64,000 nucleotides of DNA from the human T2T-CHM13v2.0 reference genome, Homo sapiens: assembly GCF_009914755.1 (NCBI RefSeq), contig NC_060941.1; one strand, 5' to 3'. The translations under genes and the position numbers were made by a program. Below, piece after piece: positions 31,738 to 56,148 of this stretch. Below the pieces are notes generated by a model that saw only the letters and a program-made list of their open reading frames with translations, did no database searches and had not been told where the DNA came from. Position 1 is the first letter of the stretch; each line of letters starts with the position of its first letter.

Positions 31738-32729
31738 AAATTAGTTCTAACAGTATACCATGTACAAAATAATATAACATTTGAATGCAGTCACCCTGAA
31801 ATTCCTGATTGATTAACAATTCACATTTTTTAGTATGTTCTCCCTAATGATACCTCATTCTATAATCAAAGCTGGTACTAAAAAATACTTTTCATTCTGA
31901 TAGAAAATAATCTAAGCAAGGCCGGGCGCGGTGGCTCACGCCTGTTATCCCAGCACTTTGGGAGGCCGAGGTGGGCGGATCACGAGGTCAGGAGATCGAG
32001 ACCATCCTGATTAACAAGGTAAAACCCCGTCTCTATTAAAAATACAAAAATTAGCCGGGTATGATGGCGGGCGCCTGTAGTCCTAGCTACTCTGGAGGCT
32101 GAGGCAGGAGAATGGCGTGAACCCAGGAGGCGAAGCTTGCAGTGAGCCAAGATCGCGCCACTGCGCTCCAGCCTGGCCAACAGAACGAGACTCCGTCTCA
32201 AAAAAAAAAAAAGAAAATCATCTAAGTATACTTTCAAAACAAAACCTACTCTGCAATTGCCAGGGTTTTCTGTATCTCTCCAAGATTGGGAAACTAAAGA
32301 GTTAACATTATTTAACAGTTTTGGTACTAGGCACTGAGTTGTACCACTTGGTGCCCTCTATCTACAGAGACTAAGACAAACTACACAAACAGCAGTGAGG
32401 AGAACCAACATTTCAACTAGGGACTGAGAGATGAGTTTAGTTTTGACTTAAAAGGTTTCTCCCCTTTTCATGCTGCTTTGAATTTCTCAAATGAAGAAAC
32501 GAATTAACAGCTATCTGAACAGGTAATAAAATATACCCACTGCATTCACATATTCCATGGATGGAAGTTTAAATTGTAAATTTTTTGGAAAGCAATCATA
32601 CTCTACAATCAAAAATTTTAACACTGTGCATGCTATTTGACTTGGTCTTTCCAATTCTAGAAATTGAAGTTAAATAATCAAAAATATGTTCAGAAGATAT
32701 ACATAATTCTTACAGCATTTTTCTATTAG

Positions 32730-32879
<150 letters not shown>

Positions 32880-33567
32880 TAACTGGGATTACAGGCACCT
32901 GCCACCACACCCAGCTGATTTTTTTATTTTTAGCAGAGACAGAGTTTCGCCATGTTGGCCAGGCTGGTCTTGAACTCCTGACCTCAGGTGATCCACTTGC
33001 CTCAGCCTCCCAAAGTGTGGATTACAGGCATGAGCCATCGCAACCAGGCAAAAAAAGTTAAACATCTTATAACATGAGTTTAGTTACTTTGTGTTATGAT
33101 ATGACCACATGAAAAATGACAATTTTTTTTTTTTGTTTGAGATGGAGTTTCGCTCGTTACCCCAGGCTGGAGTGCAATGGCACAATCTCAGCTCAATGTA
33201 ACCTCTGCCTCCTGGGCTCAAGCAATTCTCCTGCCTCAGGCTCCTGAGTAGCTGGGATTACAGGCACCCACCACCATGCCTGGCTAATTTTTGTATTTTT
33301 AGTAGAAATGGGGTTTCTCCATGTTGGTTAGGCTGGTCTCGAACTCCCAACCTCAGGTGACCCACCTACCTCAGCCTTCCAAAGTCCTGGGATTACAGGT
33401 ATAAGCTACCGTGCCCAGCTGAAAAATGACAGTATTTTTTAAAAAGTAAATATACAACAGCCCATTTGTCTCACCCCACTAAAACTAAACATATTGAAAG
33501 CAAAGACTTTGTTTTATTCACTGCCTCATTCCCAGCACTCAGAACAATGCCTGGCACATAATAGTCA

Positions 33568-33786
<219 letters not shown>

Positions 33787-34836
33787 TTAACCCGGGGGGG
33801 CAGAGGTTGCAGTGAGCCAAGCTCACACCACTTCACTCCAGCCTGGGCGACAAGAGTGAGACTGTCTCCAAAAAAAAAAAAGGTTGTCAAATGAATGAAT
33901 TTGAGTAATGCAAGTGAATACAGAAGAGGTTTTAGCTAGAAATATATATGTAATAGGATCACATAACATATACATTTACCTTACCCGAATTCAACCGTCC
34001 AGACTAAGCAAAAGAAAGAAATTATGTAAATCATCATGCTGACCTGCCCTGCAGTGACAGTGGAGAAAAAACCAGAATCTGCTATTCCCTCTGGGAGTCT
34101 CAGGTCCCCACAGCTCTCACATGGTATCACACTAGCTACATGTGATTCTAGTTTTTTTTTTTTTTTTTTTTAAGAGACGATCTTGCTCTGTTGTCCAGGC
34201 AGGACTTCAGTGGCAGGATCACAGCTCACTGCAGCCTTGAACTCCTGTGCTCAAGCGATCTTCCTGCCTCAGCCTCCTGAGTAGCAAGAATTACAGGCTC
34301 AAGCCACCACACCCAGCCTGATTCTTGCATTTGAAGGATTTTTTAACATAATATGGCCCTAAATATAAGCCAGCTACTTCATCTGGTGCTACACCCAGAA
34401 AACAGCAATTTTCTCCAATGCTGAGATCTGAAAAGGATTTCCAAGAGTAATTTTGACTATACAGAAATTTTGCCTTAGTGATTGACTTTAGAACCTACTT
34501 CCCATTCCAAATAAAATGCAACTCTACTGCATGCCATAGCATACACAAATATATCTATAACCTATAATCATAGATATAACTGGGTGATGAACATGCATAG
34601 TGACCTTGTTTTTAATTTATTTTCTAATATTTTTTCAATTTACAAATATTGCTTTCATAAGAAGAAAAAGCACTATGTAGGCCATGTGTGGTGGCTCACA
34701 TCTGTAATCCCAGCACTTTGAGAGGCTGAGGCAGAAGGATCCCTTGAGCCCAGGAGTTCAAGACTAGCCTGAGCAACACAGAGGGACCCTATCTCTACAA
34801 AATAAAAAAAATGTTTTTTTAAAAAAAGAACTTCTA

Positions 34837-35125
<289 letters not shown>

Positions 35126-35457
35126 TCAAAAAAAAAAAAAGCTCTATTTTTAATTGTCCTTTCAACATTCATCAGAGAATGCTAGATCTGGTATCAACAG
35201 TCCTCTACTTCACCTAAAACAATGCTACACCTATAGTGTATTATCAATTGTTAATAAACTTACTCATGCAGCAAATTCTTTCAGCCTATTACTCTGTTCT
35301 GTTTTAAACAATTTCTTAATTCAGAAACATGTAACTCAAGCTATGCATCTTTTCAACAAGAATTAAGGTCATTTTTATTTCTATTAAGAGTCACTTAAAT
35401 CTGTATGAAATTAAAAAAAATTTATTTTAATTTTTAAAAATTTTCAAAATAAGGTAC

Positions 35458-35499
35458 CTGAACATCATAGAGTGCTACAATATTTTCATGCTGAAGTTC
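35458..35499 (-). CDS. ULK2: ULK2 coding exon 3 (42 nt; ELQHENIVALYDVQ)
   Basis: Acceptor cttaatag|GAA, donor CAG|gtacct. HxNIV motif. Confidence 0.95.
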
Positions 35500-36375
35500 C
35501 TATTAAGAAAATTGAGAATGAAAAATATGTAAGTATTCTAATGACTTTACTATATTTTAATATGTAAATAAAATTAAAGTATACACATACACTTCTAGTA
35601 TTATACTTATATTAAGACTATAAAAATTCAATTAAAGAATAAGAAATGTGCCTGATCAAACAAAAAGCACATTATCTCACTGAAAGAAAATATGATTTTT
35701 AGCTCAAAGAGCTACAATTCTTAAAAAAGAGCTCTCCACAGGAAGCAGTTTTGAGGAAATCGGGTGTTAAATGAGGGTTCCACGCTTGTATTAGTTTGGA
35801 AAACACCAGGTTAAGTACTTTGAAACAAGTTTCTTCATTGTAGAATTTTTCAGACTTTCTTTAATGAGCCATAGGCTTTGTGACTCTCCAAGAAGTATTT
35901 AGTAAATGGGGTTTTCCAAACGTACTCAACCATCTTCTCAAACCATCCCACTTAGATAACACTGGTTGTGAGTGATCTAAAAAGGCCACCTCCAAGGAAT
36001 ATAACTTTCTTCAATTTAAAGAAAGACCCCAAGCACCCCTACTCCCCCCAAAAAACTTAGTAGTAACATGAAAGGGGACAACAGGAGAGGTAAAAACAAT
36101 GTACAAGATGGGTCTGCCTGGCCCTCTTCTCAAACAACAACACAGTCACTAGGAAAAAGAGAAATGATGAGAAGCTAAACTCAGTCTTCACAGAATCCCT
36201 CTGAGCTTTGGTTCTTAAAAATAGCTTCCGAGTACTCAATGTTTTAAAAAAGTGAGCATGCAAAAAGGAGAGCAACAGTTGAAAATTCTCAAACTTGGAC
36301 CCAACTACCAAAATTGAAAAGGATGGCAGCATGTATTCATTTAAATTAAGTTTTAACCTTATATGAATACTACTA

Positions 36376-36543
<168 letters not shown>

Positions 36544-36886
36544 TTACAAGCGCGAAGGTGTTTTTGGCAAATAAATGTACGGCATTGGGGAAAAATGGAA
36601 TTATTTTCAATAATTGGAAAGTGATTTCATAAATTATAGTGCAATATGCCAAGATCCTACAACACAACTTCTAAAAATAACAAATATGAAGTCCACATGG
36701 TAACTAACATTAAATGAAAAAAGAACAGTTCACAACCACTTCAAAGTTATGGACAAATGTAGAAATAAACTTGGAAGGTGATACAGTTAATTGAAAAGTT
36801 ATTTGTTAGCTTGGAAGGATTACACCGTGCTTGAGTTCTAAATTATTTTCCTAATAAATGAAAAGTAGGCCGGGAGCCGTGGCTCA

Positions 36887-37222
<336 letters not shown>

Positions 37223-37601
37223 TCAGCCCACTTTTAACACGCCCCTTGGGCAACAATCAGAACTGCCACACCCTTTAAGATTATTTCCACTCCCGATATG
37301 CCTTTCCAAATTCTTTAGATTCTAAAACCTCGTGTAACTGTACTTGCGAAACAGCAAAGGCTTAAAACAATTTTTTTAAGGCTTAAAGGTGATTTCATGT
37401 TCAAGGTGATTGAAAATGAATTGTCCAACCACCTTTCTCACCCGGAGCTCGTCTATCTGACTCCGGGGGGGAAAACGGTACGGGGGCTCTTCGGGGTGCA
37501 GGGGACCAGTGCTGGGAAAGGTGACACCTCCCAGGCTGCGAAAGCCTGAGGCTAATGGGACATCCGCCCATTTTCCGCTGGGTCTGTAATTATCAACCTC
37601 A

Positions 37602-38264
<663 letters not shown>

Positions 38265-38297
38265 TCAGCGAGGCCCGGCCCGGCCCCTGCCGCTCAT
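38265..38297 (-). other. uORF2 (10 aa; MSGRGRAGPR*), in the same frame as the main CDS
   Basis: gccATGa at 38297, TGA at 38265-38267. Confidence 0.5.
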
Positions 38298-38372
38298 GGC
38301 CCGGCCTGCCGCCGGCCGCTGGCTGTCTGGCGAAGCGGCCTCGGCGCTGCCGGGCCAGGGGTGCCGTCACCG

Positions 38373-38435
38373 TCACTGTGCGCGCCCAGAGCCGCACACG
38401 CGCTCTGAGGCAGTGAGGGGCCCGGTACTCTCCAT
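38373..38435 (-). other. uORF1 (20 aa; MESTGPLTASERVCGSGRAQ*)
   Basis: gggATGg (strong context) at 38435, TGA at 38373-38375. Requires a TSS upstream of 38435. Confidence 0.45.
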
Positions 38436-39734
38436 CCCCAGCTCGTCGGGCCTCCTCGGCCCTCCCCGCTCGGGGCGCTGCTGCGACGGCGACGGCCGCC
38501 GCCCTAGAACCCGCACCGCCGCGGCCCCGCGCTTCCCCGCCTCGCGGCGGCGCCCAACGCCCTCGCGCGCGCTACCCGCTCCCGCGCGACTGGCTGCCCT
38601 CCGCGACGTCCGCGCGCCTTGAAGGCCGCAGCGCCAGCCGGCTCCCTCCGCCGGGGAAAGGAGTGCGGCCAGGGCTTGGCGCCCGCAGCTGGGCAGATCC
38701 TCGGCCGCTCCTGAGGCGGGGACGAAGGGCGCGACCCGCTGCGGCCACAGCGGGTTACGGGCTGCGGGCTCCGTTCTGGGCCTGGGGAGCAGATTCGAGC
38801 CGACCACGCCCCGGGCTCCAGGCCGCTGGGAGGCGGACTTCAGAGAAGCGGGTCTTGAACCCCAGCTGCAGGCAGGACGGGATTATCTGCGCAGGGTAGA
38901 CCCCCAGATTCCTGCCAGAGCAAAGGAGCAACTGCTACTCCAGGCTTTGCCCGCGCTCTGGAAAACCAGAGTTCACGCTGCCAAACTGCCAGCCTTCGGA
39001 CGCCTCTCGGGGTTTACTCGCTTAGGATCCCTAGAGGGACGGTGACAGGCGGGATTCTGCACCTTTTGGGGGTCCCTTGACTGCGAGAAGCTGGTGACAG
39101 CTCAGGGCCCTCTTCGCAGAGAATCGTTTCTGCACACCGACTCAGAATCGCACACGTTTTCAAGGTTCTCCTGGGAGCTCCTAGTGTCAGGCTAGTTTGA
39201 CCTCGGGCTTACTTCACATGGCCGAAGGGAGCTTTCTTTTCTACCTGATTGTTAAAGCTGTCCAAGTGACAAGGAACAGATTGTCAGGTTTCCCGCAAAG
39301 AAGTGTCTTATGAAACCATTTAATAAACAATATGCTTGAAACTACCATGGAATACGCAGGCTCCACACTTGAGTGTGTGTTCGGTTGTATAGGGTATGTG
39401 CTTTTGGGGTCTGTCACCACCTCGACTGCCACTGCCTGTCCCTGCAAGCTGATCTCTGAACCATGACAGAGTCAGCTCCAGGATTCTGAGAGAACGCTCC
39501 TTCCTCACACGCTCAAAACGTAGGGCCTTGAGTTTCTGCTTCTGCTACTGTGCACGCTTACGTTATCCTGTCCTTACTTACATCTGGCCCAGGTGGTTGT
39601 GTTAGACACTGAAAATCTGGAGCCTTCAAAAGTTGACAGCAACTTAAGCAAGTTTGCACATACACCCAAAAATGGATGGAGATGATTCCTTACCTCACTG
39701 AAAGATTCTCTACAGTCTATTTTTTTGTTTACTT

Positions 39735-43620
<3,886 letters not shown>

Positions 43621-43651
43621 CCCAGCATTTTGGGATTACAGGCATTTTGGG

Positions 43652-44650
<999 letters not shown>

Positions 44651-44904
44651 TCAGGAGGCTGAGGGGGGAGAATCACTTGAACTCAGGATGCAGAGGTTGT
44701 AGTGAGCCAAGATGGCACCATTGCACTCCAGCCTGGGCGACACAGCGAGACTTGGTCTCAGAAAAAAAAAAAAAAAAAAGAAAGAAAAAAGGAATGAGAC
44801 CAATGTAGATGTGCCATTGCAATCTAGATTTGAGCTCCCTCTTACGAAGCAAAGACCCACTGAAATGACAAAACAACTGTCCTTGGTTGCGTTCTCTGCA
44901 AAGA

Positions 44905-45270
44905 GATGCTGACCTGGACTTGAGGTACAGATGATTATTAGGGATTAACACCAGGGGGAGAAAAATGGGGGCTGGAAGCAGAACGGGACAGAAGAGGAAG
45001 AACTGTGATGCAGGCTCGACCATGCCTAACCTCCTCAGCAGAAAGCTCTGGAGCAGAACATCAGAGTTGTCCCGCATTGAGCCAAAATGTCACGCCTCAC
45101 TCAGCAACCTGGTGGGGCCACCCAGGCCCCTGACAGGGCGGTGAGGCTGCTCTGCTGCTGAGGCCAGGAGGAGTTGACTGCTGGACGTTTACTGTGCTAC
45201 CACAGCCTCGCAGCATGTTCGTCCTCCAGGGAAGGTCTGGGCAGCATGTCCCCAAGGCTACTGCAACAAC
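44905..45270. mobile_element. Probable MLT1-family MaLR LTR relic
   Basis: 'gaagaactgtgatgcagg', 'agctctggagcagaa..cagagttgtcccgcattgagcc', 'gcagcatgtcc' resemble MLT1. Confidence 0.45.
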
Positions 45271-45490
45271 TTTCGGGAACACTTGGAAGTCAAGCCGTAA
45301 TTTTCTACCATTATCAATGCCACATCTATTATTTCATATTAAAATATTTTAATAATGTACTTAAATGCAAATTTTAAGACTTTAAAGATTATTTAGTGTG
45401 TCCTGTGAATTATGTGGAACTGGCAGAAAAAATATCTGAAAGCATCTATTAAATTTTTTTTTTCCTGTGACTCGGCCCGGCGTGTAATCA

Positions 45491-45811
<321 letters not shown>

Positions 45812-45988
45812 CTAAATAATAAATAAATGAAACTTTTTAAGGGTCTGGTTTTAATAAATGATTTATAATAGAAAATTCAATTTTTTCTCTCTTTTTTTTT
45901 TCCAGGAGGCTGAGGCATGAGAATCGTTTGAACCCAGGAGACAGAGGGCCACCAGGCCCAGCTGATTTTTTTTTTGTCTTTCTAGTAG

Positions 45989-46126
<138 letters not shown>

Positions 46127-48249
46127 TAAATCAGGTTATCACTCTGTTACCCAGGCCGGAGGGCAGTGAGTGGTACAATCACAGCTCACTGCAGTCTTGA
46201 CCTCCTGAGCTCAAGCAATCCTCCCACCTTGGGTAGCTGGAAGCACAGACATGAGCCGCTGTGCTGGGCTACTTTAAAAAATTTTTTTAGAGATGGGGTC
46301 TCACTTGTTGCCCAGGCTGGTCTCAAACTTCTGGGCTCAAGGGATACTCCTGCCTCAAATTGCTGAGCTTACAGGTGTGAGCCACCACACCTGGCCAATT
46401 TCTGTTTTTAATTTCTGATACATTATGCATATGTCAATAGGTCTAGCCTACATAAACCAAAGCTCTTTGGGATTCTCAAAACATTTTCAGGGTGTGAAGG
46501 GTTTCTGAGATGAAAGGTTTGAGAACTGCTCCACTAGTCCAAGCTCAAGCTAGTGCCGTAAGAGGCCAGGCTTCATCTACACTGTGCTGTTTGCAGTAAA
46601 GTAGGTTCAGTTCCAAATTGTGCCACATCCTGGCTGTAGGACCTTAGGCTTTCCTTCACCTCTCTGGGCCTCTGTGCCATCTGTAGAAATGGAGATGATG
46701 ATGTTTAGTGACTGCTGGTGGCAGACAGAGATAGAGACAAGTTCACTGACTTGTGAAACATTGGTGGGACAGTCAGGAGGTCCTGATGATGTATTATGAA
46801 GATGAGAGTAAAGAGTTGGTGGCCGGCGGCAGTGGCTCACTCCTGTAATCCCAGCACTTTGGGAGGCCAAGGCGGATGCATCACCTGAGGTCAGGAGTTC
46901 AAGATCAGCCTGGCCAACATGGTGAAACCCCGTCTCTACTAAAAATACCAAAATTACCTGGGCGTGGTGGCACGCGCCTGTAATCCCAGCTACTTAGGAG
47001 ACTGAGGCAGGAGAATCGGTTGAACCCGGGAGGCAGAGGTTGCAGGAGCCGAGACCGTGCCATTGCACTCCAGTCTGGGCAACAAAAGGGAAACTCTGTC
47101 TCAAAAATAAATAAATAGATAAAAATAAAGCATTGATTTTTCTGATTTATTACAAAGACAGACCTATCTCTTGATATTACTCCCAAGGCTATTCTTTCCG
47201 TGCAGCCCCTGCAGCCCTCAGTTCCTCCTTGGAGGAGTCTATAATCAGGAGGACTGATTTCTGGCTGTTGTGTAATTGCTAACACTGGGAAACTAATATT
47301 TCCCTTTTTCTCCCTACCGTGGTGAGAATTGCTGAGCTGATATCTTCCCCCAACTCAAGAGGAAGTGAACGCCCTGCCCTGCGCAGGGGGCCCGAAGCCA
47401 TCTCCTCTGCCTCTCGGGGATGTGGTAGGGATCTTGCCCGAGGTCAACCACACGGCACACACATGCCCACATGCCACGCCTCTCAGGGACGAAGCTCTTG
47501 GAGGCTGCCAGCCTTCTTCAAAGGAAGGAAGAAGCAAAACCCACCAGCAACAAGAACTAAAACTGTGTGTGTGATCTCAGTGCAGACATAGCAGAGACAT
47601 CAGTAGAACCCTGAGACCAGTAGAACCCACAGCCCACAGCGCTGTGCCTTGATAGCGAGGGGGTCACCCTGAGAAGCTGCAGCCCATGTCCTCCCTAAGG
47701 CTTCACAACGGGTTGCCTGCTCTAGAGAAACCACCTCAGTTGGGATGCAGAACTTGGCCTGGCAGGTCCATGAACCTGATTTCATGAGCACCCAGAGATC
47801 AGGGTGAGAGTCTCTCTCAAGAGGAGTTCACATGAATCACAATCCTAGAGGCTGTGACATATATCCCAGAAGCCGAATGTATTGATTTGTGAGGGAAAGT
47901 TTCAGCTGTTAAAAACTAAACCAGAAAAAGCATTTGACAAAATCCAACATTCATTTCTGATTAAAGGTGAACTTCTCCCAACTTTGACATCTGTCCAAAC
48001 CCATAGTACGTCTATCACCAAGAGAAAACACTAATGTAAAAACCCTCCTGTAAACGGTGGACTTCAGGTGATTAGAGTGTGCCAGTGTAGCCTGATGGAT
48101 TGTGACCAATGCAGCACTCTGATGGGGGATGTTGACAGTGGGGAAGACTGTGCATGCAGTGGGGGCAGGGAGTGTGTGGGAACTTGCTGTACTTTCTGCT
48201 CAATTTTGCTGTGAACCTAAAACTGCTTTAAAAAGTAAAGTCCTAAAAA

Positions 48250-49335
48250 ATGCTCAGCACCACTAATTATCAGCAAAATGCACATTAAAACCACAATGAG
48301 ATATCATCTCACACCAGTCAGAATGGCTATTATTAAACGGACAAAAAATAACAGATGTTGGTGAGGCTGCAGAGAGAAGGGAACTCTTATATGCCGTTGG
48401 TAGGAATGTAAATTAGTACAGCCTCTGTGGAAAACAATGTGAAGATCTCTCACAAACTGAAAATAGAACCATAATGTCATTCAATCCAGCAGTCCCTCTA
48501 TGGGTATCTACCCAAACGAAAAGAAATTAGTGTATCAAAGGGATACTTGCACTTGTATGTTTATCGCAGCATTATTCACAATAGCAAAGATACAAAATCA
48601 ACCTAAGTGTCCATCAACAGGTGAATGAATAAAGAAAGTGTGGTGCATATACACAATGGAATATCATTCAGCCATTAGAAGAATGAAATTATTGGCCGGG
48701 TGCGGTGGCTCACGCCTGTAATCCCAACACTTTGGGAGGCTGAGGAGGGCGGATCATGAGGTCAGGAGTTCGAGACCAGCCTGACCAACATGGTGAAACC
48801 TCATCTTTACTAAAAATACAAGAACAATTCACCAGGCATGGTGGTGCATGCCTGTAATCCCAGCTACTCAGGAGACTGAGGCAGGAGAATCACTTGAACC
48901 CAGGAGGCAGAGGTTGCCGTGAGCAAAGATCGAGCCACTGCACTCCAGCTTGGGTGACAGAGGGAGACTCCGTCTCAAAAAAAAAAAAATGAAATTATGT
49001 TTTTGGCAGCATCATGGGTAGAAATGGAGGTCAGTCATTATCTTAAGTGAAACAAGACAGGTACAGAAAATAAAATACTGCATGTTCTCACTCATAAGTG
49101 GGTACTAAGAAATGTGTGCACATGGACGTAGAGTAGAATGCTAGACAATGGAGACTCAGAAGGGTGAGGAGCTGCGAGGGGGAGGGGTGGATGATAAGAA
49201 ATTAGTTAAAGGGTGCAATGTACCTGATGGGTGCACTAAAAGCCCTGACTTGACCACTGGGGAATCTATGCATGCAACAAAATTGCACGTGTACCCAATA
49301 CATTTGTACAAATCGAAATAAAAGTAACTAAAAAG
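48250..49335 (+). mobile_element. LINE-1 3' end (L1MA/L1PB-type), interrupted by an Alu at ~48694-48990
   Basis: 'aaaaccacaatgagatatcatctcacaccagtcagaatggct', 'caacctaagtgtccatcaac', 'gcatgttctcactcataagtggg', A-rich end. Confidence 0.85.
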
Positions 49336-49369
49336 ATAAAAATAAAGTCTTTAAAAGGAAAAGAGTAAC

Positions 49370-50065
49370 CCAGATTATGTTGTTCTTTGTTAAAAACCCT
49401 ACAAAGTCCTCTCATCCAATCAAAGGAAAGTCCTTAACAATAACCTGCAAGACCCTTCACCATCTGGCCTGTTTCCCATGTGTCCACATCTCATGTCACC
49501 TTCCCCCAGTTTGCCTGGCCTCCTGCTTCAGGGCTCCTAAACATGCTGTTTCTTCCTCTGGGAATGCTCTCACTCTATCTGCAAGGATCACGCCCTCACT
49601 TCCTTCAGGTCTTTACTGAGATGTCACCTGCTCAGTGAGGCTATCCCTGGCCTCCTTTTGTCAAGTTGTATTCCTCCCTCTACAATTCCTATCTCCCTTT
49701 CCAGGTTTCATTTTCTCCTTCGTACCCATCACCAGCTAACATCCTACCTAGTTTGTTTGTTTGATGGTCAGCTTCCTCCACTAGAGAATACATTTCTTGA
49801 GAACAGGGGTTTTGTCAGTTATTTCTATTATTATTTTAATATATATATTAAAATTGTAAATATGAATATAAAATACATATATTATATATATGTATATGTA
49901 TTTCAGAGAGAGGGTCTCACTCTGTTGCCCAGGCTCTGAACTCAAGTGATCCTACTGCCTTCTCCTCCCAAAGGGTGCCAGGATTACAGGCTCAAGCCAC
50001 TGCACCTGGCTACTTTGTCAATTTTGTTCACTCCTAAATACTTGTTGAATGAATGAATAGATGAA
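49370..50065 (+). mobile_element. LINE-2 3' fragment
   Basis: 'atgtcacctgctcagtgagg', ending 'aaatacttgttgaatgaatgaat'. Confidence 0.65.
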
Positions 50066-50216
50066 CTGTCTGGTGGGCTAAAATGCTGGTAACAGTAAGT
50101 AGCTCCTCACATACCCTCAGCTCTGCAAAGCCACCTGGGAAGCCATAGATTCAGGGGTACTGAGTAAGCTGGAATCTGAGCCCAGGGTGTCTGCTGACCT
50201 CGGGCAATGCCGTTGA

Positions 50217-50795
<579 letters not shown>

Positions 50796-51041
50796 TAAGA
50801 TTATAGGCGTGAGCCACCGTGCCTGGGCCACACTCTTTATTAAGATATGCTCAATTTAAAAATCTTGCTGCTAGCTAAGCACAGTGGCTCACGCCTGTAA
50901 TCCCAGCACTTTGGGAGGCTGAGGTGGGTGGATTGCTTGAGGCCAGGAGTTCAAAACCAGCCTGGCCAACATGGTGAAACCCCATCTCTACTAAAAATAC
51001 AAAAAATTAGCTGAGCATGGTGGTGCACATCTGTAATCTCA

Positions 51042-51194
<153 letters not shown>

Positions 51195-51486
51195 TTAATA
51201 TTATTTCTCTAAGACATCTCACATAACCTCTGCTGTGAGTTATTTTTTGCTGATCTTGAACTCTGACTGTCAGAGCCAACCTCCTATCCACGTAGCTCTC
51301 CTGGGAAACATCTATTATCCATGCCTCCATCATGATAATCTCAGTGTCTGACCTAGCACCATTAAAAAAATTTAATGGCTCACAGCTGTAATCCCAGCAC
51401 TTTGGGAGGCTGAAGTGGGTGGATCACCGGTGAGGTCAGGAGTTCGAGACCAGCCTGACCAACATGGTGAAACCCTGTCTCTACTA

Positions 51487-52171
<685 letters not shown>

Positions 52172-52244
52172 TCATAGCTTATTGCATCCTTGAGCTACTG
52201 GGCTCAAGTGATCCTGCCATCTCAGCTTCCCAAAATGCTGAGAG

Positions 52245-53700
<1,456 letters not shown>

Positions 53701-53705
53701 CACAA

Positions 53706-54181
<476 letters not shown>

Positions 54182-54792
54182 AGTTAACAGTACAAACTCT
54201 TTGGAAAACACTTCATTAGTATCTGTCAATGTTGAGTACATGCATTGCCTATGATCCATCAGTTCCATAGCTAGGTATACAAACAGAAATGTCGACAAAT
54301 GTTCACCCAAATTCACAACCTAGAGTGTTTGTAACAGCACTATTTGCAGGAGACATAAACTTGGCAGTCGTGGTTTATGCGTACCATGTGATACTGAATA
54401 GCAATGAGAATGAGTGAAGGACCACAAGCCCTCTACGGATGACTCTCACATGCATGACGTGGAGTGAAAGAAACCAGATACAAACCAGACAAAACTAAAT
54501 CTAGAGGTTGCGATAGTGTTACCTTTTGGAGTACAGTGGCGGGATGGGAGGAGGAGGGGGTCTGTGACGGGGGAACTTGGTTTCCAGAAAAATGAGTGAA
54601 TCCAGCTCATCCTATACAAAGAGACCCAGCACTGTTGGCCAGCTCCAGTGACCCAGATCCTACAGCCCCAGTTGAGTCACCACAGGCAAAACCATGTGGG
54701 GCAGAGATGAACCATCCCTGATGGCCCTACCAGAATTCCTGACCTACTCAATTGTGAACCCTTAATTAATTAATTAGTTAATTACTTCTTAA

Positions 54793-54903
<111 letters not shown>

Positions 54904-55049
54904 TAGCCTACGAACAGTTTTTTAAAAATGTTGGCCAGGCACGGCGGCTCACACCTGTAATCCCAGCACTTTGGGAGGCTGAGGCGGAGGATCATCTGAG
55001 GTCAGGAGTTCAAGACCAGCCTGGCCAACATGGTGAAACCTTGTCTCTA

Positions 55050-55235
<186 letters not shown>

Positions 55236-55499
55236 TTAAGTGACTAAGTTTTGCAAAACAGCAGTAGATTACTGAAACAGTATTCATCCTTGAGGGGCTA
55301 CTGAGAACAGGAACCAAATCTTTCTTGTATTTGGGGTGTTAAACATATTTAACAATATTTAATATAAACAGTATAGGCAACTTTTAACAATATTATATAC
55401 TAACATATAAAATTTAACATTTTATTTTTTGAATAAACCAAATAACACATGACATAAAGTTTCCTATCAACTCATTGAAGATGTAGCACACATTATTAA

Positions 55500-55721
<222 letters not shown>

Positions 55722-56016
55722 TAGCCAGGATGGTCTCGATCTCCTGACCTCATGATCCGCCTGCCTTGGCCTCCCAAAGTGCTGGGATTACAGGTGTGAG
55801 CCACCGTGCCTGGCCTGGCCTGTATTCTTAATACCTAGAGAATGTTTCAATATTAACAATATTGTTCATGTCTCGGAATCTTCTTCATCCTTGTAATAAG
55901 GTCAGAGATTTAAAAAATATATCCAACAGCTTTATTATGAAATATATATAAAATAATTTATTAGAATGAATATCTTATTTATGTTTAATTTTTATTTTAT
56001 TTTTAATTTTTTTTGA

Positions 56017-56148
<132 letters not shown>

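Noticed and set aside
39289-39296. E2F-like site TTTCCCGC upstream of the CpG island
   Set aside because: A single 8-mer is expected by chance; no supporting evidence.
47190-47900. Non-repetitive GC-moderate island with several short ORFs
   Set aside because: No recognisable protein similarity or convincing exon structure; might be an enhancer, but the sequence alone cannot support that.
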